Positions 53,501 to 63,403 of a DNA stretch of 64,000 nucleotides are shown piece after piece. The notes below the pieces were generated by a model, which did no database searches, had not been told where the DNA came from, and was given only the letters and a program-made list of their open reading frames with translations. The position numbers and the translations under genes were made by a program. Each line of letters starts with the position of its first letter. Position 1 is the stretch's first letter. Origin of the DNA: Spirochaetia bacterium (GTDB taxonomy: Bacteria; Spirochaetota; Spirochaetia; DSM-16054; Sediminispirochaetaceae); assembly GCA_034520965.1 (NCBI GenBank), contig JAXHMY010000002.1, forward strand, positions 32,001 through 96,000. Reading direction: 5' to 3'.

Positions 53501-55593
53501 ATAAGCGTTATACCCAGGGCCTTACTTTTTATCAAGGCAATACAGCAGAAAGGCTTGAAATAGAGGCATATTCCCAAAACAGTTTTGGGAATAGAAGCGA
53601 GATTTCCAAGAAAACGGTGTCCTTAAAGCAATTTAATCAGCCCTTCATCTCTGGAGTAGAAGATGGGCGGCTATATACCGAGGATGTGCACATCAAACCG
53701 GCACACAGTAGCTTAGATGTACGTTATGAATTATCAAGCAGTAAATACAGCGGTGATTCTCTGAGTGCACTTTCCCCAAAGTTGTTCAAACCCATCTCTG
53801 TTCGTCTCAGTCCTGGTCAAGCAGAAGAGTACCGATTGTCCGTTGGTCTATATGATGACGAGAGTGATTCAATTCATTCTATTCAAAGTTACGAGTTTGT
53901 AATTGATAAGGCGGCACCACTTCCACCACAGATAGTCGGCATTCAGCCGGGCTACCATTACACGGAAGATCAGACCATACGATTTATTACAAAAAGGGAT
54001 GCTACGGTCTACTTCCGCACCAGGGAAGAGGCGCGGGGCAACACCTCCTTCAGACCCTATGTGCAGCCGGAGAAGATAAGTGTCCGTCCTGGAACCAGGA
54101 AAAATATTGTTGTAGAAGCGTGGGCCGAAGACAGTGCCGGAAATAGAAGCCGGGAGGTTACTGAGAGCTTTGTTATTGATAAAGAAAGCATTTATGTCTC
54201 GCAACAGGGGCAGGACTCATTTTCCGGAGGAAAGGAAGCTCCCTTTCGAAGTATTGATAGAGCCTTATACGAGGCATCCTCCTCCAGCAGAAATACTATT
54301 TATCTTGCTGCAGGTGACTATACAATCAGCGATCCGGTTTCCGTAACAAAACAGCTTAATATAGTCGGAGAAGCTGCTGGAAAAACTACGCTGAAAGCAG
54401 GCAGCGAATTCAGCAGCCTTCAACCACTTTTTACAGTGTCCCGGGGGACCCTAAAGATAGAGGATGTCCTTATATCAAACAACCTTCACAGCCCTTTGGT
54501 GGTGCAAGAGGGTGAGTATTCGAGGACAGTTATCCGTAACAGCACCATTCTACACAAACAACAGGAAGCTCACACTGTTATGTGGTCACAGGCGGGCGAG
54601 CTTGTTCTACACAATACCCTGATAGAAACTGATTCTGTTCGTGATGGAAGCATACTCAAAATTGACGACAGTACTGCAGATCTGAGTGACTCTACAGTCA
54701 GAGTGAACAAGAGCTCTCACAATCTGGCGCTGCTGCAGCTGCAGAGTTCCGACATCAAAATCAGCGGCACAAATCTTGCAGCAGTAGAATCTGAAATAGT
54801 ACAGGTAATAAGCGCTGAAAAAGCTGAAATTATTATTGAAAACAGCTCGATCGATTACGGCTCATCCAAAACAAGAGCCACGGGTATTCAGCAGATTGAT
54901 GGAACCTTGACTTTGAAGGATACACGCATTGGCAATGGTAAGGGATCGGCACATATCGCTGCCGGTATTAAACTGGAGAATGTGGAGGCCGAAATTGTGG
55001 GTACTACTTTAGACGGATCTGCCGAGCTTGGTATTATTCAACTGCAAGCTAAAAACAGCCGTCTAAACCTTCAAAATTCTAGCTTAATAAACGCCCGCAC
55101 CCAGGAGTTTTCATACCTGATGAGACTGCAGGGGGGCAGCAGCAGCTTAAGTAATACTCAGCTTAAGGCTGATAGTTCGTACAATGTGTATGGGGTCGAA
55201 TTAAGGGACCAAGCGGTGGTGATGCTGCAGGACAGCGAGATAGAGCTGTATCGGGGCGAGAGCAGTACCTACGGCATTATCATCCAAGGGCCGGTGCTGT
55301 GCACGGTCCAGAACAGCCGGCTTATCAACATTCCTGACCAGGCCTCTAATGGGACCGGCTCGATTGCAGTACTGCAAGAAGATTCCCGGGGCGACGTTAA
55401 ATTACTCGATAATCTGTTTCGCGGCTGGACCTACCTGCTCAGCAGCCCTGAAGTACAGGCCCGCGATGTAGAGACCCTTGAGGCTGAGCTCCCGCCCCTT
55501 CGAAACAAGCACCCCCCACCAGGGAAACCGGGTAGAATAAAAAAAGCCCCGCAGTCAGGCTGCAGGCAGCCGCGCTACGGGGTTTTTATCTGA
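50512..55593 (+). CDS. Large exported protein with tandem Ig-like/chitobiase C-terminal-like modules and a C-terminal right-handed beta-helix; true stop may be at 55540
   Basis: Signal peptide; recurring DxAGN and IDxxxPxxP motifs; IYYTTDGSTP; IYVSQQGQD...APFRSIDRAL followed by a beta-helix-like region. Confidence 0.8.
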   Translation: MNIPNMDKSQKIAVLFFLLLLGMVHLYAQENTVTPTPSPGAFSEALYVHIESNLDKPVQYRFSKSSDDTWVDYTQALRLSALSGEERTFTLQVRVQNTGTDTVESFQYVIDRRMPNEPEIEIRRQDAGYFVNFSIDENQAQVKYWLSSFEQPEFKAWNRKMLAAPQKSVVKAYSVDEAGNRSRVVTKKLPELHPCRSSSEIDIPSPVAGTFVNAQWLIIPNANCFEWIRYSLETETSRSDETAYTAPVLIRTIGTITLRVQAKPYYQEQLSEKKLEFTITKPKDSILNAFSASATKTSGPVEDLRSFPLPSAEKGVELYYSLEDTPVNPNHPQLVSPIPVKLSEGMKNFLAYRIGAYLPNEDRMLQYRFFYIIDERIPPNPQFRLSDTLPFRSKLQVALEAGKGAEIYYTTDGSTPDRFSNRYAGPFNITSDGNSDLGIIPVQAVARYPNGNSSEIVRKQLPYDRRAPSPPSYDILKVDKYGADIQVDHPDPSMEIVYAVGYGNTPPLQINRNSPVISRNLRVDFPYGFQGKAFVRFAARDKAGNISTATATARVEVDSVPPEAPSIRRDQQKLMITGSHDLFYRVQGTNDGFKEYTGPIDLNVEDKLRQKFEVAAYAEDSRNNRSISTERVFFIDTRTPKPPQIISNVDSSIVNRPILVRCIGPYADSVVYYKLFRVAKGDNLPEVAEDSKPGFSDSLYSEPIQLSGAEDREVLYVVRARSYLPSADVWSPVTSSSFTIDRKTPEAVKLGSIIGKTRLFSEAVTVQAEAASEEEESWIYVAEEEPTAADISIEKILSEGVPLSRGVLVEGVEGEEKKYRIHSATVDKAGNSDRSKTVELTLDRKKPEIPRLEGLPAEADTNKQVKIFAPDDYQHKIIYELAVNQGLPQVPTADSSVLNDSPLVLSGTPENDGGINHYAISFRGLDQAGNMSPVKTEHVRISQIKPQPPQIVVEHIGKQQFLIQIDAEHEMSIYAKINDAKINDAKINDAKINDANYKRYTQGLTFYQGNTAERLEIEAYSQNSFGNRSEISKKTVSLKQFNQPFISGVEDGRLYTEDVHIKPAHSSLDVRYELSSSKYSGDSLSALSPKLFKPISVRLSPGQAEEYRLSVGLYDDESDSIHSIQSYEFVIDKAAPLPPQIVGIQPGYHYTEDQTIRFITKRDATVYFRTREEARGNTSFRPYVQPEKISVRPGTRKNIVVEAWAEDSAGNRSREVTESFVIDKESIYVSQQGQDSFSGGKEAPFRSIDRALYEASSSSRNTIYLAAGDYTISDPVSVTKQLNIVGEAAGKTTLKAGSEFSSLQPLFTVSRGTLKIEDVLISNNLHSPLVVQEGEYSRTVIRNSTILHKQQEAHTVMWSQAGELVLHNTLIETDSVRDGSILKIDDSTADLSDSTVRVNKSSHNLALLQLQSSDIKISGTNLAAVESEIVQVISAEKAEIIIENSSIDYGSSKTRATGIQQIDGTLTLKDTRIGNGKGSAHIAAGIKLENVEAEIVGTTLDGSAELGIIQLQAKNSRLNLQNSSLINARTQEFSYLMRLQGGSSSLSNTQLKADSSYNVYGVELRDQAVVMLQDSEIELYRGESSTYGIIIQGPVLCTVQNSRLINIPDQASNGTGSIAVLQEDSRGDVKLLDNLFRGWTYLLSSPEVQARDVETLEAELPPLRNKHPPPGKPGRIKKAPQSGCRQPRYGVFI
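53434..53498 (+). repeat. 15-bp in-frame tandem repeat, 4.3 copies
   Basis: GCAAAAATAAACGAC x4 plus GCAAA, encoding (AKIND)4. Confidence 0.97.
55541..55587. terminator. Bidirectional terminator-like hairpin between convergent genes
   Basis: AAAAAGCCCCGCAG ... CTACGGGGTTTTT. Confidence 0.6.
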
Positions 55594-55606
55594 ACAAGTA
55601 ACTACA

Positions 55607-56645
55607 CTACTGGCGTTCAAACTTGCCTGAACCGGTACGCTTCCACAGTCCGTTCTGGGTAGCCAGATAAATATCATCATTAGAAGGTGCTTGATATACC
55701 TGGTATACCAGCGCACTGGCCAATTCAGGGTAACTGGCCGCATAGTCATCGGGGCTTTCGGTAAAAGTGTAACTGGTAAGCTCCATCTGATAATGGCCGT
55801 TATACGTACCAATCATCAAGTAATCCGTTCCACTAATAGTCACAACCGACGCCGATCCATACTCTGCTTCAACTGATCCATCAACGGTGGTTATATGAGT
55901 CCAAACGCCCCCAGTTGTCAAGCTGAAAACCTCTCCGTTGGTTGTAACCAGGTACAGGTCTGTTCCATCATCGGTAATTGCTGCGAAATCTCCATTTTTT
56001 TCAGGTGGACTACTGAAACCGGTATCGTCCAAAGTAGAACCATCCCAACTATACACAGTTGAATCTGTTATAAGATAGTGAGTAGTATCACCAGTTAAAT
56101 AAGTTCCGTCTACTATGGAAACTGTGCCTACTGAGGTTTCTCCACTTATGCCTGATAAAGGTTTTTTTATGTGTAAAGTCCCTCCGTTGAGCTTTAAGGC
56201 AAAGGTATCGAACCCGATATCAACCAATTTTTCCATCATCAGAAAAGCTATCTACGGTTGTCCAGCCTCCACTTAGGCTCCTAATTTTTCCATCATCTAA
56301 ATTTTCATCATCGTTATTGAAGTAAGCATATAAGGTATCTGAATCTTCCACGATGTTATAGGCAAATCCGCCGTCGAGGCTGTTCCAGTTGTCGCCGGAT
56401 TGCTCCCACACGGTTCGGCCGCCAAGTGCGTAGATTGTATTGGAGTTGGCTTCAACCACCTGGTATACATCTACCTCTGAAATTTTGGAGGTTATCTGTT
56501 TCTTCTCCTGGCTGATGGTGTAGAAAATACCGACCCCGTCCTGGTTGCAGCCGGCGGAGAGTAAGGATAGCAGAGAGAGCAGGGCAAGGGTGCTAATGCC
56601 TATCATCGCTCTGCCTAGTGCTGTTCTATATTTTTGAATGCTCAT
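55607..56645 (-). CDS. Lipoprotein rich in beta structure, split by a frameshift near 56230
   Basis: ATG at 56645 and lipobox LLSAG-C. Removing one base from the A run restores ...DDGKLVDIG... and joins ORFs 56220-56753 and 55607-56239. Confidence 0.75.
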
Positions 56646-56655
56646 AATGTTACCT

Positions 56656-57358
56656 CTATGAAAAATGGTATCGAGCCGAAAAACTAAGCTCAAGAAAATT
56701 ACCAAAGCTGGAGTTTTCTGATTTATCAAAATAGAGTTACAGGTACCCACCAATAGTCCAAGCTAAGGCCAAGGCCCCACTCTGCGTTCAAATTGTAGTA
56801 GCCGGAAATACCTGGAATTGCAATCGGTCCCATATACAGCTGATCTTGAACCCGGTTAATTACGAAGCCCCCCTGCAGGGATACCGGAAACTCAAAGGAA
56901 CCGTAACGGAACAGGTATTCGGCAAACATGGTAATAGGAATCAGGCTGTTTACGTACCCGTTCGGGGTAAATGAAAAAGAGCCTGCAAGTTCAACTCCAA
57001 TGGCAAAGCGGGTGGTTAAGTAACTTCCCCAACTCAAAGAGCCGCTGCCGCCCAGGCTAAGCTGGCCAAAGGCCGGTTCAAAGGTACTGACATCCTCGTT
57101 ATCTCCCGCTGCAGGGAAGTGGAAAAACAGCGGAATATACAGTCCCGTATCAATAGTAAAAATCTGGCTTCCCAGGTCGTATGCTTCCAGGAATTGTTCT
57201 TCCTCAGGATACCCTTCGGCGGGAGGTTCTTTTTCTTCCGGACGTTCCTGGAAGTCGCCATCAGGTTCCTGCTCTTCTTGGGCACTTAAGGCGAAGGGCA
57301 TGCCCCCCAGAAACAGCAAAATTATCAGTAAAAATGTAAATGTATGAAGTCTTGACAT
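56656..57358 (-). CDS. Small outer-membrane beta-barrel protein (TP0733/OmpW-like), frameshift near 56740
   Basis: Signal peptide, acidic linker and amphipathic strands. Removing one base gives C-terminus WWVPELYFDKSENSSFGNFLELSFSARYHFS* ending at 56656. Confidence 0.7.
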
Positions 57359-57530
57359 ATATTTCCAATCTTCCTTCTATTCAAAATAGAGTCTAGTTGA
57401 ACTGAATAGTAACACTCCCACATTCTTTTATCAACACAGCTATAAGTAATAATTTGGCATGCCATATATCGTAAAATAGTATTATATATTATAATATTCT
57501 TATATCTATATGCACAAAAGGAGTTTCTAT

Positions 57531-58418
57531 ATGTCTGCCGAGATTATTGATGGAAAAGAACTTGCAAAGGAGATGCGAGCTGAAATCGCCGAAGAAGTAC
57601 AAAAACTTGCCGCCCAAGGCGTAACTCCCGGACTTGGAGTTGTTTTAGTAGGTGAGGACCCGGCCAGCAACTCTTATGTGAAGGCAAAAGAGCGGGCCTG
57701 TGAAAAGGCCGGTATTTATTCCGACGACAATCGTTTACCAACCGATACCAGCGAGACCAAGCTACTCGAAATAATTGACCGGATGAACGAAGATCCTAAA
57801 ATACACGGTATTCTTGTCCAGCTGCCCCTGCCCGATCATATTGATGAAGAGAAGGTACTGCTGAGAATAAAACCGGAAAAAGATGTCGACGGGTTTCATC
57901 CCTTCAACGTCGGAAAAATGATGCTTGGCCAGCCGGCCTTTCTGCCGTGTACCCCCCATGGAGTCATTCAGATGCTGATTCGATCGGGAGTGGTTAGCAA
58001 AGGAGCCCATGCGGTTATTGTCGGACGAAGCAATATAGTCGGAAAGCCCCTGGCAAACATGCTGCTGCAAAAGGCTGAAGGGCGCAATGCAACCGTAACG
58101 GTATGTCACTCCGCTACAAAGGATATGGCCTCTATCACCCAGCAGGCGGATATACTGATTGCCGCGGCGGGGAAACCCGAAATGATCACCGCCGATATGG
58201 TCAAGCCCGGAGCGGTAGTGATCGATGTGGGAGTGAACCGAGTAGAAGATTCCAGTAAAAAAAAGGGCTACCGTTTAGTAGGGGATGTGGAATTTGGGCC
58301 GATTGCTGAGAAAGCCTCCAAAATAACCCCGGTCCCCGGGGGCGTTGGGCCAATGACCATTACGATGCTGCTGTACAATACTCTTGAATCGGCAAAAAAC
58401 CATATGAAAGGTTTCTAA
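57531..58418 (+). CDS. folD: Methylenetetrahydrofolate dehydrogenase/cyclohydrolase
   Basis: Motifs [30 protein letters not shown] and [10 protein letters not shown]. Confidence 0.97.
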   Translation: MSAEIIDGKELAKEMRAEIAEEVQKLAAQGVTPGLGVVLVGEDPASNSYVKAKERACEKAGIYSDDNRLPTDTSETKLLEIIDRMNEDPKIHGILVQLPLPDHIDEEKVLLRIKPEKDVDGFHPFNVGKMMLGQPAFLPCTPHGVIQMLIRSGVVSKGAHAVIVGRSNIVGKPLANMLLQKAEGRNATVTVCHSATKDMASITQQADILIAAAGKPEMITADMVKPGAVVIDVGVNRVEDSSKKKGYRLVGDVEFGPIAEKASKITPVPGGVGPMTITMLLYNTLESAKNHMKGF

Positions 58419-58548
58419 ATTTTGCATTGATAAACACAAGCCCTCTGCTGCGCATATTAGGTGCCGGCCGGGGGCTTTTTGCTGGATACTTCTCATTTTT
58501 TAAACCCTATGGTAGGATAAACGGCGATATTTCCCTGGAGGCCCCCAC

Positions 58549-59799
58549 ATGACAACTCGTAATCTCAAGAAGCAATACCACGAGCTGCACGCAGACAATT
58601 TCCCGCAGACTATGCACATCAGCTTTGGAGAAGACTCATACCTACAAACGTTACAGTTTGAAAAGGTCACCTGGTCGATCGGGGGCGAAGAGAAGGGCTT
58701 GCGCTACGGTGAGAATCCCCATCAATCGGCGGCACTTTATCGCCTACTCAACGGCAATCTGGTGCTTGGGGACGTAGAGGCGATCAGCGCCGATTCTGCC
58801 CTTGTTTCAACTGCTCAGCTAAGAAAATCGGGAAAGCATCCCGGCATGATTAATATTACCGATGTCGACAGCGCTCTAAGTATTCTTAGATACTTTCCTG
58901 AGCATCCTAGCGCTGTAATTATCAAACACAACAACCCCTGCGGGGTAGCCCAGCGGGAAAGTTTAGCCGACAGCTATATACAGGCCTTTATGGCCGATCC
59001 TATTGCTGCATTCGGCGGGGTAGTTGCTCTGAACCGTGAGGTTGATGCAGCTACGGCTGAAGAAATTAACCGCCACTATACCGAAGTAATTGTAGCCCCA
59101 TCCTATACCGATGGGGCAATGCAGCTGTTTGAGAAAAAGAAAAATTTGCGGATTATGGAAATAAAAAATATTGAACGACTGCAACAGCTCACGGCAGCCC
59201 CGCATATCGATTTTCACTCTCTGATAGACGGAGGTCTGGTACTGCAGTGGTCGTATACTACACGAATTATGACTACCGCCGATTTTCTGCCGGCGGAAAC
59301 TGAATATAAGGGCCGGCAGTACCGGGTAAATCGGGCCCCCACCGAGGCTGAACTTCAGGACTTACTGTTTGGCTGGCAGGTAGAAAGCGGGGTAACCAGT
59401 AATTCGGTTCTCTACGTGAAAAACCGCACGACCGTTGGAATTGGTACCGGAGAACAGGACAGGGTCGGCTGTGCGCAGATCGCTAGGGATAAAGCCTATG
59501 CCAAAGCCTTGCAGCGGTTTTCACTGAACCGCTATGGAAAAAATTACCGCGAACTTGAACAGGCGAAGCAGGCCCAGATCGATTCAGAAGTCCATGAGCG
59601 CCATGCAGATATTGAGGGAGGGGTCATGGTTTCAGACGGGTTCTTTCCCTTCAGAGACGGTATTGAAGTGGGTTTACACGAGGGGGTAAACGCCGTAGTA
59701 CAGCCGGGCGGCTCAGTCCGCGATTTTGAATCTATTGAAGCCTGTAACGACTTCGAAGCTGCCATGGTGTTTACCGGGGAGCGTTCTTTTCGTCATTAA
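58549..59799 (+). CDS. PurH-like AICAR transformylase domain protein lacking the N-terminal IMP cyclohydrolase domain
   Basis: Motifs LRYGENPHQ, IIKHNNPCG, AFGG, SNS, SDGFFPFRD, QPGGS and FTGERSFRH. Confidence 0.85.
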   Translation: MTTRNLKKQYHELHADNFPQTMHISFGEDSYLQTLQFEKVTWSIGGEEKGLRYGENPHQSAALYRLLNGNLVLGDVEAISADSALVSTAQLRKSGKHPGMINITDVDSALSILRYFPEHPSAVIIKHNNPCGVAQRESLADSYIQAFMADPIAAFGGVVALNREVDAATAEEINRHYTEVIVAPSYTDGAMQLFEKKKNLRIMEIKNIERLQQLTAAPHIDFHSLIDGGLVLQWSYTTRIMTTADFLPAETEYKGRQYRVNRAPTEAELQDLLFGWQVESGVTSNSVLYVKNRTTVGIGTGEQDRVGCAQIARDKAYAKALQRFSLNRYGKNYRELEQAKQAQIDSEVHERHADIEGGVMVSDGFFPFRDGIEVGLHEGVNAVVQPGGSVRDFESIEACNDFEAAMVFTGERSFRH

Positions 59800-59800
59800 A

Positions 59801-59832
59801 GTTTTTTTCAAAATATCAATTTTGAAAAAAAC
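59801..59832. repeat. AT-rich palindrome directly after the purH-like stop codon
   Basis: GTTTTTTTCAAAAT-ATCA-ATTTTGAAAAAAAC. Confidence 0.7.
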
Positions 59833-59848
59833 TGCCTAAGGATTAATT

Positions 59849-61993
59849 ATGCGGAATATTAAGAAAACATACATAAGCGTGGCCATCGCAGGCCTGCTTA
59901 CCCTGATAATAGCCGGCGGATGGTTGTTATTGCATCTGCAGCTGCGGCAGGTTCAACAGGATTTCAAAAACTTCACTCAGAACGTAAGTGAGGAAGTCGA
60001 AAACCGGCAATCAACTCTGGAAAGGATCGGTTTAAACCAGAACATACTTTTCAGCAAGCTGAATGAAAGCCGGGAGGCACTGCAGCTGCCGCGCACCGAG
60101 GCCATACCCCTTCAAGCCGAAAGCGGATCGCCCGATAGCGGCTCCTCCGAATCTGCCGCAAGCCAAGGAACCGGAGAAAACACAGGGGATGCGCTTTTCT
60201 TCCGAGGGGTAGAGTACTTTGACGAGTATTACCGCCTGAAGGAATTGCAGCGACGGTTTGCCGCGTATCTTGATAATCAGCAGCTGCAGAATAGTCTGAC
60301 CGAATTAAAACTGAGCCCGCAGCAAAACAGCCAACGCCGATATTCACTTACAAAAAGCGGAGAGCGCCTTTTTATTCTGGATACCCTGTATATACAGGAT
60401 ATTCCCCAGATCAGGGTAAGCTCACGCTTGCATCGGGAAAAAACCTTCAGCCTGAAAAATGTGAACAGCGCTGTGGAAAAATCCGCCAATTATCTAAGAG
60501 AGGAGCTTGCAGAAATTGAGAGGCATGCGAATCTGTTTACCGAAAAACTACAGTATGTGAGGGATTTGTTCCAAAGTAATCAGGTTACACAGTTATTACA
60601 GGAAAAGCGTTTAAAACTCTTGTCACCTGAACCTCCCGCCGGTCAGACCCTGGACACTACTGAGTGGCGTATAAGGAGCGCCGGTACAAACGGCAGCGAC
60701 GGCGGCTGGATATTCAATTTTGGGGTCCGTTTTCAGAATAACCGTTTTTTTATAGAAGAGCAGAGCTATGAGGAGTGGAGCGATTTTAAAGCAGACTTGC
60801 TTGAGCGCATACAACAGATCGATGCTCGCACGCCACAGCAGAGAGATGTTGCCAGGATGCTTAAAGAGCTTTCTTCACTGTCCAAGGACGAGGCCTTTCA
60901 AGCATTTTTGACGGAAAATAATTTAGAGATGAGGTCGGAGCCCCGCGAGGACGGCGATTATTACTATTTTGATCTCTTTCATGAAGACTCACGGCATTAC
61001 GGTGCATTTGCCGTTCTAAAAAAACATGGAAAAATCTACTTAACCGACAGTGAAGACTTAGTCATCTCTGAACTTAAAACAATTTCCTCGGATAACCGTA
61101 TTTCAAGTCAGGCTGGGAAGGACTTGTTCCCCACCGAGGCGAATCAGAATACTGCAATTCAGGAGTTGCCCGAGGCATCTTCAATTTCTATGGCCGGCAA
61201 CAGTAAAGAAACATTGATATTGCTTTGCGGAACCCATGAGAAAAATGCCGATACCATGATGATTGCACGATTATCTAAGGATACCGGAATCCGCCTGCTG
61301 AGCATCCCCCGGGATATCTATTACAAGCAGCGAAGGGTGAGCGATTATTACCGTTTATACGGTATTCAGAAGCTGCGTTCGGTAGTGGAAGAGCTTACCG
61401 GGATAGAGTTTGACGGACATATAACGGTTGATATGTACGCTTTTATCGATGTGGTTAATATCCTAGACGGGATAAACGTGTATCTTGATAAAGCGCTGAT
61501 TGACCCGACCTATAGAATACGGGAGCACGGAGAATGGAAAACCCTGTATTTTAAAGCAGGAGAGCACCATCTAACGGGAATCGAAGCCCTGCGGATAGCC
61601 CGGTCACGCCACACCTCGGATGATTTCGACCGAGCGTATCGACAACAGTTGGTCATAAAAGCCCTTTTTAAAAAGCTGAACAGCCTGCATGCGGGAAATC
61701 TGCAGGAGGTATATAACTTGTTCAAGGTGCTGTCCGAATACGTGGATACTGACTTTTCAGCTTACGATTTAGCCCAGTTCTTTCTAAAGTATCATAACGC
61801 CGATCTGGAGCCGCGGAAAAGCATTTCTACCGATAATATTCTCTATACTACCTACAGCAACTACTATCTCTCCGGCTTGACTGAAGAGGAAGTTGACGAC
61901 GATTTTAATAAGGGTGCCTGGATTTTACTACCGAAAGACAATGAGTGGGAGCTTATCCCCCGATTTGTGTACCAGCAGCTTTACACCGATTAA
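59849..61993 (+). CDS. LCP (LytR-CpsA-Psr) family protein with a long N-terminal extension
   Basis: N-terminal TM helix; C-terminal motifs ADTMMI, SIPRD, ARSRH and DFDRAYRQQ. Confidence 0.88.
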   Translation: MRNIKKTYISVAIAGLLTLIIAGGWLLLHLQLRQVQQDFKNFTQNVSEEVENRQSTLERIGLNQNILFSKLNESREALQLPRTEAIPLQAESGSPDSGSSESAASQGTGENTGDALFFRGVEYFDEYYRLKELQRRFAAYLDNQQLQNSLTELKLSPQQNSQRRYSLTKSGERLFILDTLYIQDIPQIRVSSRLHREKTFSLKNVNSAVEKSANYLREELAEIERHANLFTEKLQYVRDLFQSNQVTQLLQEKRLKLLSPEPPAGQTLDTTEWRIRSAGTNGSDGGWIFNFGVRFQNNRFFIEEQSYEEWSDFKADLLERIQQIDARTPQQRDVARMLKELSSLSKDEAFQAFLTENNLEMRSEPREDGDYYYFDLFHEDSRHYGAFAVLKKHGKIYLTDSEDLVISELKTISSDNRISSQAGKDLFPTEANQNTAIQELPEASSISMAGNSKETLILLCGTHEKNADTMMIARLSKDTGIRLLSIPRDIYYKQRRVSDYYRLYGIQKLRSVVEELTGIEFDGHITVDMYAFIDVVNILDGINVYLDKALIDPTYRIREHGEWKTLYFKAGEHHLTGIEALRIARSRHTSDDFDRAYRQQLVIKALFKKLNSLHAGNLQEVYNLFKVLSEYVDTDFSAYDLAQFFLKYHNADLEPRKSISTDNILYTTYSNYYLSGLTEEEVDDDFNKGAWILLPKDNEWELIPRFVYQQLYTD

Positions 61994-62012
61994 TTGACAG
62001 GAGCTTTGCTAA

Positions 62013-63398
62013 ATGTCCAAGAAATATTGGCTTGAAATATACGGATGCCAAATGAATTTTGCCGAAGGCTATGCCCTGGAAAACAGCCTAAAACAGCAGG
62101 GGTGGGAACAGGCCGATGTGCCGGAAAAGGCGGACGCGGTTATTCTGCATACCTGCTCGGTTCGTCAGACTGCGGAAAACCGCATCTGGGGAAGAATCGG
62201 TTTTTTTAAACATCTGAAACAGAGAAATCCTGCTAAGCTGGTGGTGATGGGCTGCATGGCAGAACGCTTAAAGGTGGAACTACGTAAGAAGGAACCGGCA
62301 ATTGATCTGGTAGTCGGAAACTTTGAGAAAGAGCAGCTGCCGGATTTAATTGAAGGCCTGAACAGAAACCACCAGCCCGGTATAACACAAACTCCACATA
62401 TTGCGTCCACAGCTCTAAGCCCCGGAAAAGAAGAGTATGAAAGCCCGGAGGAAAAGCCGTTTCATTTTCAAGATTCCCATCAAAGGGAGAGAGATTTCCA
62501 TGCATTTGTACCGATAATGCACGGCTGCGATAATTTTTGTACCTACTGCATCGTGCCCCATGTCCGCGGACGCGAGGTATCACGTTCGCCCCAAAATATT
62601 CGCCGCGAGCTGCAGGGCTTAGAGGCAAATGGAGTCAAAGAAATAACCCTGCTAGGCCAGAATGTAAACTCTTACTCCTATGGCAGGGACGCTACAGATT
62701 CCGTCACCCGGCAGTATAAGTTTCCCGATATTCTGAAGGAAATAGTAGATCAGCTTGATCACATCGAGTGGGTCAGATTTCTGACCTCCCACCCAAAGGA
62801 TATTCCCCAGCAACTCATCGCAATGATCGCCTCTGAACCGCGGTTGTGCTCACATATACACTTGCCGGTACAGCATGGTTCAAGTTCAGTCTTGAAGAGA
62901 ATGAACCGAAAATATACAAGAGACGATTATTTGCAGTTGGTCACCCAGATACGTAGCAGTATTGACGAACCGGCTCTTACAACTGATATTATGATTGGAT
63001 TTCCGGGAGAAACGGAGGCTGATTTTCAGGCTACCCTCGATTTAATGCAGGAGGTTGAGTTTGACGATGCTTTTATGTACTACTTCAATCCTCGCTCAGG
63101 AACTCCGGCAGCCGAGTTCGAAGGTCAAATTGACCATCAAACTAAGCTTAACCGCTTGTCGGAAATAATTGCCCTGCAAAAAGAGATAAGCCGAAAGAGA
63201 AGAGTGAAGCGCGTGGGTAAGGAAGAACGGGTGTTGGTTGAATCACCCTCCAAAAAGAATCCCAGGGAACTTCTGGCTAGAACGGAAAGGGATCATAGGG
63301 TCGTCTTTCCAGGGGATTCCTCTCTCATCGGCCAATTCGTCAAAGTGCGAATCGACTCGATGATTGGGAATACTCTTAAAGGCATTTATACAGGCTGA
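62013..63398 (+). CDS. miaB: tRNA-2-methylthio-N6-dimethylallyladenosine synthase
   Basis: Motifs YGCQMN, TCSVR, radical-SAM CDNFCTYC, GQNVNSY and HLPVQHGS; TRAM domain. Confidence 0.95.
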   Translation: MSKKYWLEIYGCQMNFAEGYALENSLKQQGWEQADVPEKADAVILHTCSVRQTAENRIWGRIGFFKHLKQRNPAKLVVMGCMAERLKVELRKKEPAIDLVVGNFEKEQLPDLIEGLNRNHQPGITQTPHIASTALSPGKEEYESPEEKPFHFQDSHQRERDFHAFVPIMHGCDNFCTYCIVPHVRGREVSRSPQNIRRELQGLEANGVKEITLLGQNVNSYSYGRDATDSVTRQYKFPDILKEIVDQLDHIEWVRFLTSHPKDIPQQLIAMIASEPRLCSHIHLPVQHGSSSVLKRMNRKYTRDDYLQLVTQIRSSIDEPALTTDIMIGFPGETEADFQATLDLMQEVEFDDAFMYYFNPRSGTPAAEFEGQIDHQTKLNRLSEIIALQKEISRKRRVKRVGKEERVLVESPSKKNPRELLARTERDHRVVFPGDSSLIGQFVKVRIDSMIGNTLKGIYTG

Positions 63399-63403
63399 GG
63401 CTT

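Noticed and set aside
58419..58548. ZTP (pfl) riboswitch upstream of the purH-like gene
   Set aside because: I could not find the conserved motif elements; only a weak terminator-like hairpin (AAGCCCTC...GGGGGCTTTTT) is present.
59801..59832. Membership of this palindrome in the ATTCT...AGAAT family
   Set aside because: It lacks the ATTCT/AGAAT tips; it is kept only as an independent hairpin.
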